Assembly (NCBI GenBank): GCA_964543385.1
Contig: CAZIYE010000001.1
Location: forward strand, 300,001 to 332,000
From: an uncultured Candidatus Saccharibacteria bacterium
GTDB lineage: Bacteria > Patescibacteriota > UBA1384 > XYA2-FULL-43-10 > 1-14-0-10-43-13
DNA: 32,000 nt
Direction of reading: 5' to 3'
Shown piece after piece: positions 1 through 7,905 of this stretch (the stretch's first letter is position 1; each line of letters begins with the position of its first letter). Position numbers and translations under genes: made by a program. The notes under the pieces are model-generated. The model had not been told where the DNA came from and ran no database searches. It saw nothing but the letters and a program-made list of their open reading frames with translations.

Positions 1-877
1 CATCTTGGTATTTCTTATCAAGCTCGAGAGATAAATTCTTTTTGATAGCCTCTATTAGTTCATCAGCATTCTTTTGGCCAAAATCAGCAGCAAATGTATC
101 ATCAATAGGTGGTAATTTTACTTCCTTTAGATTGATAATATCAACTGAAAATTCAGCCTCTTTGCCAGCGTACTCCTTAGCATGATAATCTTTTGGAAAC
201 TTTATTTTAAATGTCTTTTTCTCACCCTTTTTCATTCCAACTATTTGCTCCTCAAAGCCAGGGATAAGGGATTTTTCACCGAGTATCAAGGGATGATTTT
301 TTGAACACATGGAATCAATCTTGACTCCCTTTAGACTTCCTTCAAAGGACACTTCTACCCAATCACCGTCTTTGGCCTCACGATCTATTTCGACGAAAGA
401 AGCTTTTTGTTTTTGAAGATTATCTAATATCTTCTTTATGTCTTCCTCTTTTACCTCTTCTTTTTTTGGTTTTTCGATTTTGATTTTTGAATAATCAGCA
501 AGAGTTACTTCGGGAAAAACCATAATCTCCATCTCAAACTCAAGTGGATTAGCTATTTCTTCCTCTGTTTCGCCATAATTTGGATACTTATTGATTTTTA
601 TAGAAGGAGAAGACATCGAGCTCAAATTATTTTCTTTGAGCGCCTTAAGATAACCTTCACTTATCGCCTGATCCAATCCTTCACCTAAAATCCGAGATAC
701 ACCAATAGTGCTTTCAATAAGTTTTCTAGGAGCTTTGCCAGGACGAAATCCAGGAAGTTTTGCTGTAGGTGCGACATGTTCATAAGCATGGTTAAAATGC
801 TTAATCATTTCCTTTGGCTCGAGAGTTATAACAAGCTTTACTTTGCTCTGTTTCAATCTTTCAACTTTTATTTCCAT
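1..877 (-). CDS. tig: Trigger factor (peptidyl-prolyl isomerase chaperone), 3' end truncated by window edge
   Basis: Minus-strand translation MEIKVERLKQSKVKLVITLEPKEM...AYEHVAPTAKLPGFRPGKAPRKLIE...; matches the trigger factor ribosome-binding signature (GFRxGKxP) followed by the FKBP-like domain. Confidence 0.93.
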   Translation of the reverse strand, partial: MEIKVERLKQSKVKLVITLEPKEMIKHFNHAYEHVAPTAKLPGFRPGKAPRKLIESTIGVSRILGEGLDQAISEGYLKALKENNLSSMSSPSIKINKYPNYGETEEEIANPLEFEMEIMVFPEVTLADYSKIKIEKPKKEEVKEEDIKKILDNLQKQKASFVEIDREAKDGDWVEVSFEGSLKGVKIDSMCSKNHPLILGEKSLIPGFEEQIVGMKKGEKKTFKIKFPKDYHAKEYAGKEAEFSVDIINLKEVKLPPIDDTFAADFGQKNADELIEAIKKNLSLELDKKYQD

Positions 878-1009
878 AAAACCTTTCAACTTATTATTCC
901 GGAATCTTGTCTTAACCCAAGCCAAGACCAATAATCAGGAATCTATTTGATATATTTAATATTAGATAAATCTAGGGTGACACTTTATTATCGAAGTAAC
1001 CATAACATA

Positions 1010-1038
1010 TTGTTTTCACCTTTTAAAGGTGAAAACAA
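1010..1038. repeat. Near-perfect palindrome TTGTTTTCACCTT-TTAAAGGTGAAAACAA
   Basis: 14-nt complementary arms around a single central base, in the intergenic region. Confidence 0.7.
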
Positions 1039-1071
1039 CTGTTGCCGCCTCCGAGGTGGGAGCGGCAACAG
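1039..1071 (-). terminator. GC-rich hairpin CTGTTGCCGC/GCGGCAACAG downstream of small ORF 1085..1354 (terminator or structured element)
   Basis: Perfect 10-bp stem with a 13-nt loop; no clear U-tract, so the terminator role is uncertain. Confidence 0.4.
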
Positions 1072-1084
1072 GTACAAGTGGCAA

Positions 1085-1354
1085 CTATTTTTCCTCCTTG
1101 AGAGGACATTTAGATTTGCCACAAGGATAGACTAATAGCCCATCCTGTTCAGACTCTTCGATGGACTGCTGAAAATCATGTTCCGCGCTGGAATCATCAG
1201 TCAACAGACCATGCCCATCACAGGGACATTGACGGCATTGCTGCTTACGTCGTCGATCTACTCTCACCGCTAGCCTCCTGACACCCAAGCGCAGTTGAAT
1301 TGCGTTGATAGTGCTGAAAACACAGTACAACAAAAGCACTAGATTGTCCATCAA
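1085..1354 (-). CDS. Small hypothetical Cys-containing protein (89 aa)
   Basis: Open frame in otherwise non-coding DNA; Cys motifs CRQCPCDGHG and CGKSKC; no recognised family. Confidence 0.35.
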   Translation of the reverse strand: MMDNLVLLLYCVFSTINAIQLRLGVRRLAVRVDRRRKQQCRQCPCDGHGLLTDDSSAEHDFQQSIEESEQDGLLVYPCGKSKCPLKEEK

Positions 1355-1382
1355 TTAAAAGAAAAAGCCAACTAAATATTAA

Positions 1383-2000
1383 TTAGAACGAAATCGTAAT
1401 ATTGTAGTAGTAAAACAAAAACACGATAATAACAACTACTGCAAGTATAATTGATACAACCCATGGCCAAGTTTTACCCTTTGGCTTTTCTTCCTCGCCC
1501 GCAAAGGAAACTTGCTGATCAGTCTCGGCTACAGCAAGCTTAGACGGATCCGATTGAGGCAAAGACGAAACATTTATATTTCCATTATTTGGCAAGCTAA
1601 ATGGCGCACTATTATTCATAGAAGCATCAATTTCTTCAATATTCGGTGGTATAGGAGCACTAGCTTGATCGAAGGAAGGGGACTGCGACACTGCTGAAGC
1701 GGCGACTGAGGCAGCATTTTTGCTCAAATCAACGAGCTCTTTATTATCGATCAGGGGAGTCCCTTGCTCAACGTTTACCGGCGTTGGATTACTAGAAATC
1801 ATAGGAGCAGGTGGCTGAACTTCACTAGCAACAGGGGCAACTTGATCCGCTGTTCCAGGGACCTGGCTTTCCGGCATAAATTCATTGAGTCCGCCAACGA
1901 CTTGCTGAGTATTCGGCAAGACTTCTGGAATAGGAGGCTCGACGATCTGATTTGGCAAATTAGTTTGAGGATTCTGTGGATTTTGAGTATTTTGATCCAT
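1383..2000 (-). CDS. Hypothetical Pro/Asn/Gln-rich protein with a single C-terminal transmembrane helix
   Basis: 205-aa ORF; low-complexity N-terminal region, then KGKTWPWVVSIILAVVVIIVFLFYYY near the C-terminus. Confidence 0.7.
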   Translation of the reverse strand: MDQNTQNPQNPQTNLPNQIVEPPIPEVLPNTQQVVGGLNEFMPESQVPGTADQVAPVASEVQPPAPMISSNPTPVNVEQGTPLIDNKELVDLSKNAASVAASAVSQSPSFDQASAPIPPNIEEIDASMNNSAPFSLPNNGNINVSSLPQSDPSKLAVAETDQQVSFAGEEEKPKGKTWPWVVSIILAVVVIIVFLFYYYNITISF

Positions 2001-2018
2001 TATTTCTCCAATTTTATT

Positions 2019-2978
2019 TTAATCAATATTTTTTAGTAAACCTTTTTGCGCACCGATATTCTGTATGACGGAAACTGAGTTTTCTATCCCCCACCTCAAA
2101 GCATCTTTGACCGATTCCTGAGGTATATCTGTTTTCCAATCTTCCTTCAGAAGTCTCCCGAGAAAACCAATAGCAAACGCATCTCCAGCGCCAGTAGAAT
2201 CAGTTACTTGTACAGGACGAGAATTGACGTTATAGAATTCTTTGCCGTCATACGCCTTTGCGCCCTCTTTACCATTTGTCACTACGACTATCTTGGGCCC
2301 ATATGAATATAATTTCATCATTAGCTCTTCAATCTGCGGTCGAACTGGGAAATCAACAAATTTCACCGCCTCCTCTTTATTCAAAAACAGTATCGAAGTG
2401 CATTTCAGAAGATGGCGAAAATGGCTAGCACCTTTTGCAATCTGAATTGAGCCAGGATTCCAAGCAATAAACGAGCCGTTTTCGGCCACATCTTTTACCA
2501 TTCTTTTCTCGATTTCCTCAGTATTATCCCCCATTGGTGCCACAAAATACCATTTCGAATTCAAACCCTTCTTTATCTTCAGACTCTGGTAATCCCTAAC
2601 AGCATGATATGTAAAGATTGTTCTCTCTCCATTTATATTAAAAATTACTGAGAAACCTGTTTGCGATTTATTATCTACAATTATATTGTAGCGATCGACG
2701 CCCTCTTCATCCAGTCGATCTAAAACCCTATTCATCGGTGTATCATCACCAAGCAAAGTGACTATACTAGCCTTATATCCTAATCGAGAAAAACCAACCG
2801 CTGCGTTGCAAGCAGAACCACCAATCTCATAATTAACACTTTTCAATGGTATCTTTTCGCCAAACTCAAAAGTAATGCCCCTGCCGGAGCCCAAAGTTCT
2901 TTCAGAATGCACCTTCAAATCAGGAGAAACAAATACATCCTCGAAAGCATCACCAATTGTTGTAATATCAAATTTCAT
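2019..2978 (-). CDS. PfkB-family carbohydrate kinase
   Basis: N-terminal GGSACNAAVGFSRLG and C-terminal DSTGAGDAF signature of the ribokinase/PfkB family. Confidence 0.9.
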   Translation of the reverse strand: MKFDITTIGDAFEDVFVSPDLKVHSERTLGSGRGITFEFGEKIPLKSVNYEIGGSACNAAVGFSRLGYKASIVTLLGDDTPMNRVLDRLDEEGVDRYNIIVDNKSQTGFSVIFNINGERTIFTYHAVRDYQSLKIKKGLNSKWYFVAPMGDNTEEIEKRMVKDVAENGSFIAWNPGSIQIAKGASHFRHLLKCTSILFLNKEEAVKFVDFPVRPQIEELMMKLYSYGPKIVVVTNGKEGAKAYDGKEFYNVNSRPVQVTDSTGAGDAFAIGFLGRLLKEDWKTDIPQESVKDALRWGIENSVSVIQNIGAQKGLLKNID

Positions 2979-3789
2979 GATGAGAAAATAATTTAATATA
3001 TTTTTCGACTACCCTTTTTACTTCTTCCATGCCATCTTTTATCGCTTCTCTATAATCTTGTTCCTCAGAGTGCTCAATTGAATTTGTAAAAGCTTTTCTT
3101 ATATTTGTATCAATATTAAATTTCGATACCCCTATATGTATTGCCTCTCGAATATCACCAACAGAAAGCCCTGAAGCGCCATGCATAACAAGTGGAATCT
3201 CTACAACTTCAGCTATTTTCTTCAATAACTTTAGATCTACCTTTTCACCTTTTGGAGCACCGTGCTCATTGCCAACAGAAACAGCTATAGAGTCAACACC
3301 TGTAAGCTCTATAAATTTTCTTACCTCATCGGGCGCACTATAAACCGCCTTGTGTGATAAATGACCGCCTTCTTCACGAGCGATCACTCCTACTTCAGCT
3401 TCAACCGAAACACCATATTTATGGGCAAAATTCACCACTTTTGATGTCAACGTCACATTTTCATCAAAAGAATATTTTGACCCGTCAAACATTATCGATT
3501 TATATCCAACTCTGACCGCTTCGGCAACAACATGAAAATCCTTAGCATGATCAAGATGGATCGCTGCTTTTATGCCTGTTTCTTTTATTTCATTTGTAAC
3601 AATATCAAATATCTGTGATAGTCCCGCATACTCGATTGCACTAGGCGTCGTCTGAATCAATATCGGCACATCAAAATCAGAGGCAGCAGCACAAATTGCT
3701 TTTGTCACTTCTAAATTATTGGTATTAAAAGCCCCGATGGCATAGCCACCCTCTCGAGCTTTCCTTAATTCTTCAGCAACGTTTATCAT
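2968..3789 (-). CDS. fba: Class II fructose-bisphosphate aldolase
   Basis: Class II aldolase motifs HLDHAKD, SIMFDGSK, EAEVG, SVGNEHG, LVMHGASG and NIDTNIR. Confidence 0.94.
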   Translation of the reverse strand: MINVAEELRKAREGGYAIGAFNTNNLEVTKAICAAASDFDVPILIQTTPSAIEYAGLSQIFDIVTNEIKETGIKAAIHLDHAKDFHVVAEAVRVGYKSIMFDGSKYSFDENVTLTSKVVNFAHKYGVSVEAEVGVIAREEGGHLSHKAVYSAPDEVRKFIELTGVDSIAVSVGNEHGAPKGEKVDLKLLKKIAEVVEIPLVMHGASGLSVGDIREAIHIGVSKFNIDTNIRKAFTNSIEHSEEQDYREAIKDGMEEVKRVVEKYIKLFSHHEI

Positions 3790-3832
3790 TTTTTGTTCTA
3801 CTTTATAATTTTATAAACTTTTCACCTTTTAA

Positions 3833-3877
3833 CTATTTCAGTGCTTCTATCACTGGTAATTTTTCGCCAGCTAAAAA
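3833..3877 (-). pseudogene. Remnant/duplicate of the 3' end of pgk (FLAGEKLPVIEALK*)
   Basis: Translation matches the end of the intact Pgk (FLAGEKLPGIQALN*); 21 identical nt CTGGTAATTTTTCGCCAGCTA at 3853-3873 and 5254-5274. Confidence 0.75.
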
Positions 3878-4023
3878 GTCATTCCGTGAAATCCCACGCG
3901 GGTGGCGTCGGCATTGCGACTACCACTTGGCCTATTTATCGAAATCAGGCCACCAACACTAAAAAAAACTAAAGATAACCCCGATAATGGCCAAGATCTA
4001 ACCGACTATTTTCATTTTTTCTC

Positions 4024-5217
4024 CTAATTCTCAAAATAAGTTAATGATTTTGCCATCTTATCTAATACCAAAATATCTTGATTCGTTAAATTTTGACGAT
4101 CCCTGTTATAGAGAAAAAAGAGATATTCGCCGGTACCTGGAATAGTAAAAGAAATAGAGTAATATGGCTGGTTTTTGCTTTTTGGGATAATTAGATCAAG
4201 CCCTTGAAATGCAACAGTCTTGTAGCTAGCCAACAATTCATTTCTAGTTTTCAAATTCATTCCTCCGACCTGTATAAGCTCATCCTCTTGATCATTCTTG
4301 TTAAGATAATCCCATAGTGGCGCACTCATTACGTACTTTAGACTGTCAATATACCTAGGGTAATAGGTGTTTGGGTTTATTGCACTTCTCCAGAGGTGAT
4401 AGTAGTAGCTTTGAGAACTTTCCTTGTAGTCCTCTGGCGCATGAATCACCCAGAGATCTTTATTGTCCCAAGAAAAGACATCGCCAAAAGCAGAGAGATA
4501 ATCGCAGCCCAAGTTGTATAGATTGCGCTCTTTGTTATAAGTTGCAAGACTAAAATCTTGCGGGATTTCAATTGAATATTCACTACCCTTCCACTTATAA
4601 ACTCCTGTCTCTGATATGAAGTGGTCGCGAGCCTCTTTATTAAGTTCTTTTGTCGTTTGGTCAAGACCCTCTTGGTATTGCCTGGTAGAAATATTCGTCC
4701 CAATCAAAAAAGTTGCAAGAATCACCAATCCAACTATCCCTAGAATCATCGATTTACGATCATAATTAGTCGGTTCTGTCAGTACGGGAGCCATCGCTAT
4801 TTTAGCAATCATGCGTTTATGTCCCCAGAAAGAGCAAGCCAGAAGGGCAATAATGGCAATAGGGACACTTGCAACAATTTCTGGATAAGCTCGATAGATA
4901 GAAGAGACATCAAGAAGTTGTGTCAGTTTGTACCCTTCACTTGTATCAGCTAGAAATAGCAACGGATACACATAGATGATAAAGGACATATACCAAAAAT
5001 CGTAATAGACATAGCCATAAAAAAATCCGGTGGCTAAAACTATCACTATCATGGAGATGGCAACCACAGATCCAATGCCAGCTAAGGCGCCTCCGCCAGC
5101 GAAGCTAGCTAGCATTCCCAGCACTCCTACCAGCAAAAACAGTAAGCTTGCCACGGCAGCGCATATTACTGCAAATCCCAGAGCCCCAAACAGTCGTATA
5201 AACTTGCATCGGTTCAT
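4024..5217 (-). CDS. Hypothetical multi-pass membrane protein with C-terminal soluble domain
   Basis: 397-aa ORF; several hydrophobic segments in the N-terminal half, then an aromatic-rich soluble domain; no family recognised. Confidence 0.75.
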   Translation of the reverse strand: MNRCKFIRLFGALGFAVICAAVASLLFLLVGVLGMLASFAGGGALAGIGSVVAISMIVIVLATGFFYGYVYYDFWYMSFIIYVYPLLFLADTSEGYKLTQLLDVSSIYRAYPEIVASVPIAIIALLACSFWGHKRMIAKIAMAPVLTEPTNYDRKSMILGIVGLVILATFLIGTNISTRQYQEGLDQTTKELNKEARDHFISETGVYKWKGSEYSIEIPQDFSLATYNKERNLYNLGCDYLSAFGDVFSWDNKDLWVIHAPEDYKESSQSYYYHLWRSAINPNTYYPRYIDSLKYVMSAPLWDYLNKNDQEDELIQVGGMNLKTRNELLASYKTVAFQGLDLIIPKSKNQPYYSISFTIPGTGEYLFFLYNRDRQNLTNQDILVLDKMAKSLTYFEN

Positions 5218-5233
5218 AATCCCTCTCCAATTT

Positions 5234-6346
5234 TTAATTTAGCGCTTGTATTCCTGGTAATTTTTCGCCAGCTAGAAACTCTAGTGCGGCACCACCACCT
5301 GTTGATATAAACGATATATTCTTATCAAATCCACCTTTTTTGACCACCCCTACAGTATTGCCGCCAGCAATAATAGTAGTCGCTTTTGATTCATTCATCG
5401 CCTTTGCGATCGATTCTGTCCCTGTACAAGAATTCACACTCTCGCTATAACCAAGATTGCCATTCCAAAAAACCGTTTTTGCCTTTTTTATTTCACCAAT
5501 AAATTCCTCTACTGTCTTGGGGCCAATATCTACAATTTTAAACCCGCAATCTACATCATCTGTTACATAATCAGAAGGCAATATTACCTTATTCTTATAT
5601 TTCTTGAGCATCTTTTCGCATAAATTAACCATGCTCTCACTAAACAAGGATTTACTAATATCCATGCCTTGAGCTTTCAAAAAAGTATTAGCTACTTCTC
5701 CGCCAATCAGAATTTTATTAGCCATAGGTGCCAGTTTATTTAGCATATTAGCCTTATCTTCTACCTTTGCACCGCCTATAATCAGAACAAAAGGATTTTG
5801 AGGTTTTTTGACCTTGCTTAAATTTTCGATTTCAGACTGCAAAAGAAACCCTGCATAGCTGGGCAGATAATGAGCAATCGCCTCTACACTTGAATTTGCA
5901 CGATGTGATACAGCGAAAGCATCGTTGACATATATGTCTGCCAAACTAGCTAATTCCTGAGCAAAAAGAGTGTCATTGTCTTCTTCTCGCTTATCCCAGC
6001 GAAGGTTTTCGAGCACCAATATACCTCCTGGCTGGAGAGCATCAGCAATCTTTTTTACACTCTCTCCATTCACACCTGGTGCCATTGTAACTTTTAGATT
6101 CAATAATCTCTGGAGTTCTTTTGCAATTGGAGCTATCGAGGTATCTGGGCTCGATTTACCATCTGGACGGCCACAGTGAGTACCTATAATAATTTTTGCC
6201 TTTTCACCAACAAGATATTTTATCGTGGGTATTACAGACCTGATTCTATTATTATCACTTATAATCCCATCTTTTATGGGAACATTAAAATCGACTCGTA
6301 AAAATACTTTTTTATAATTTAAATTAGCTTCCTGTAATAATTTCAT
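5234..6346 (-). CDS. pgk: Phosphoglycerate kinase
   Basis: KKVFLRVDFNVPI, GTHCGRPDGK, NDAFAVSHRANSS, GGAKVEDK and STGGGAALEFLAGEKLPG motifs. Confidence 0.97.
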   Translation of the reverse strand: MKLLQEANLNYKKVFLRVDFNVPIKDGIISDNNRIRSVIPTIKYLVGEKAKIIIGTHCGRPDGKSSPDTSIAPIAKELQRLLNLKVTMAPGVNGESVKKIADALQPGGILVLENLRWDKREEDNDTLFAQELASLADIYVNDAFAVSHRANSSVEAIAHYLPSYAGFLLQSEIENLSKVKKPQNPFVLIIGGAKVEDKANMLNKLAPMANKILIGGEVANTFLKAQGMDISKSLFSESMVNLCEKMLKKYKNKVILPSDYVTDDVDCGFKIVDIGPKTVEEFIGEIKKAKTVFWNGNLGYSESVNSCTGTESIAKAMNESKATTIIAGGNTVGVVKKGGFDKNISFISTGGGAALEFLAGEKLPGIQALN

Positions 6347-6391
6347 AAACCTCCAAATAGTTTCTCTAAAGTTATTCTACCATTTAAGAAA

Positions 6392-6421
6392 ATTGGGAGC
6401 AAACCTATGGCTGCTCCCAAT
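6392..6421 (-). terminator. Intrinsic terminator overlapping the 3' end of ORF 6405..6665
   Basis: ATTGGGAGCA/TGCTCCCAAT 10-bp stem with a 10-nt loop; the minus strand continues TTTTCTT. The TAG stop lies in the loop. Confidence 0.7.
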
Positions 6422-6665
6422 CTGACTTCCTAATCGGAACTCCAGCTTGCTCGAGTATTTCGAGTTCGGTGGCTTCGCAATCGACAGTCAGTAATCCGTA
6501 GATCATGGCTGTGATTGAGATAACCGCAATAACTGGTCCGATATCATGATAGCGGTAGATAGTCCACAAAAGTGCAACACTACCGCAGACTAGTACACGC
6601 CTCCTGGCACGTTTTGACCTCCTCTTGAGGTCAGCGATGCACATCAACACATATGCATGTGTCAT
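6405..6665 (-). CDS. Small hypothetical membrane protein (86 aa)
   Basis: Open frame ending in a terminator-like hairpin; two hydrophobic segments; start overlaps the stop of the upstream ORF (TAATG). Confidence 0.55.
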   Translation of the reverse strand: MTHAYVLMCIADLKRRSKRARRRVLVCGSVALLWTIYRYHDIGPVIAVISITAMIYGLLTVDCEATELEILEQAGVPIRKSDWEQP

Positions 6666-6856
6666 TATCCGCTCCTCCTCAAGAGTTTCATTCTCTGGTT
6701 ATAGCACAAGGTATCTATCTCCACAAAAACGTAGATGAAGGAAATAGTCCCAAAGATAAACCCAAGGAAGGTGCCAATGGTTATCACAAACGATAGCCAA
6801 AAGGCGGTAATGATGATGCAGATGAGCCGATGGCAATACAGAAGGATCTTTGCCAT
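6665..6856 (-). CDS. Small hypothetical membrane protein (63 aa)
   Basis: Hydrophobic ORF translationally coupled (TAATG) to ORF 6405..6665. Confidence 0.5.
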   Translation of the reverse strand: MAKILLYCHRLICIIITAFWLSFVITIGTFLGFIFGTISFIYVFVEIDTLCYNQRMKLLRRSG

Positions 6857-6909
6857 ATCAGCACCTCCGTTTCTTTATTATAACACTTTTTTATATTTTT
6901 ACCAGTATG

Positions 6910-6950
6910 TTGAGATCCTAGTAAGAAAAAGGTTAAAATGTAATTGGAGG
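6910..6950 (+). promoter_or_regulatory. Putative promoter and Shine-Dalgarno of the hydrogenase-like operon
   Basis: TTGAGA (6910-6915), 18-nt spacer, TAAAAT (6934-6939), then GGAGG (6946-6950) ahead of ATG 6955. The leader would be very short. Confidence 0.4.
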
Positions 6951-6954
6951 GTAA

Positions 6955-7905
6955 ATGCAATCTTTTATAAACAAACACCAGCTAGATCAGATACTCAGTT
7001 ATATTTCGAAGGAATATAAAACATTTGCTACTCAAAAAATTGATAGCAAGGTTGTTTTTGCCGAGTACAGAAAATCCCCCGTACTAATTCCAACGCCAAA
7101 AACAGTAATGTCATTTAAGAAATACCTATGGCCAGATGGCCAATCTCTAGACTCTCCATCATCCTCAAAATTAGCCTTCATAGGTATCACGAACTGCGAC
7201 GCTATTGCCCTGAACAAATTTTTAAGTGAATTTTCCCACACTAACCTATTGCCGAAAAGAGAAGATATCTTGGTTGTATCAACAGAGTGTCAAAAGGATG
7301 AATTTTGTTTTTGTGGTGCTTTTGGCCATGGCAAAATACAATTCTTCGATCTTCATATACAGGAAGAGAAAACCGGCTATTCTATCTTCTCAGGGTCAAG
7401 AATCGGAGAAAAAATTTTAAGAGAAAATGGGGTAAAAAACCATATTAAGAAGCCAAAGTTGAAAAACATCGACCTGGGCGCACAAACAATCTTTGATAAG
7501 AAAGAACTCTCTAAAGCAATTGATGATTTGCCCCACTTTGAGAATTTCTGGCAGAAAATTGCCAATAATTGCTTTGGTTGCGGATCCTGTAGTGCTGTCT
7601 GCCCTCTATGCTTCTGCACAAGACATGAACAAGATAATAAAGATGATGGTTCATGCAGCTCGTGCCTATCGTGGGATTCATGTTTCGCAAAAAATTTCTC
7701 TGAAGTTCAAAACCATCACGACCTACGGCCTGAGCGGATCAACCGTCTATACAATTGGTATCATCATAAATTTGCAAGAGCGTATTTAGATAAAAAAGAT
7801 TTTCTTTGCACTGGCTGTGGACGCTGTATAAAAGCATGCCCAGCTCACCTAAATCAATATAAAATACTTTCTTCGATAGAAAGTCAGGAAGAGAAAATTA
7901 AATGA
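6955..7905 (+). CDS. hydB: Group 3b [NiFe] hydrogenase/sulfhydrogenase beta subunit-like 4Fe-4S protein
   Basis: NCFGCGSCSAVCPLCFC, CSSCLSWDSC and CTGCGRCIKACP iron-sulfur motifs; first gene of the beta-gamma-delta-alpha order. Confidence 0.88.
   Translation: MQSFINKHQLDQILSYISKEYKTFATQKIDSKVVFAEYRKSPVLIPTPKTVMSFKKYLWPDGQSLDSPSSSKLAFIGITNCDAIALNKFLSEFSHTNLLPKREDILVVSTECQKDEFCFCGAFGHGKIQFFDLHIQEEKTGYSIFSGSRIGEKILRENGVKNHIKKPKLKNIDLGAQTIFDKKELSKAIDDLPHFENFWQKIANNCFGCGSCSAVCPLCFCTRHEQDNKDDGSCSSCLSWDSCFAKNFSEVQNHHDLRPERINRLYNWYHHKFARAYLDKKDFLCTGCGRCIKACPAHLNQYKILSSIESQEEKIK

Noticed and set aside
947-1135. 62-aa plus-strand ORF
   Set aside because: Runs through two palindromic structures in intergenic DNA; composition and lack of motifs argue against coding.
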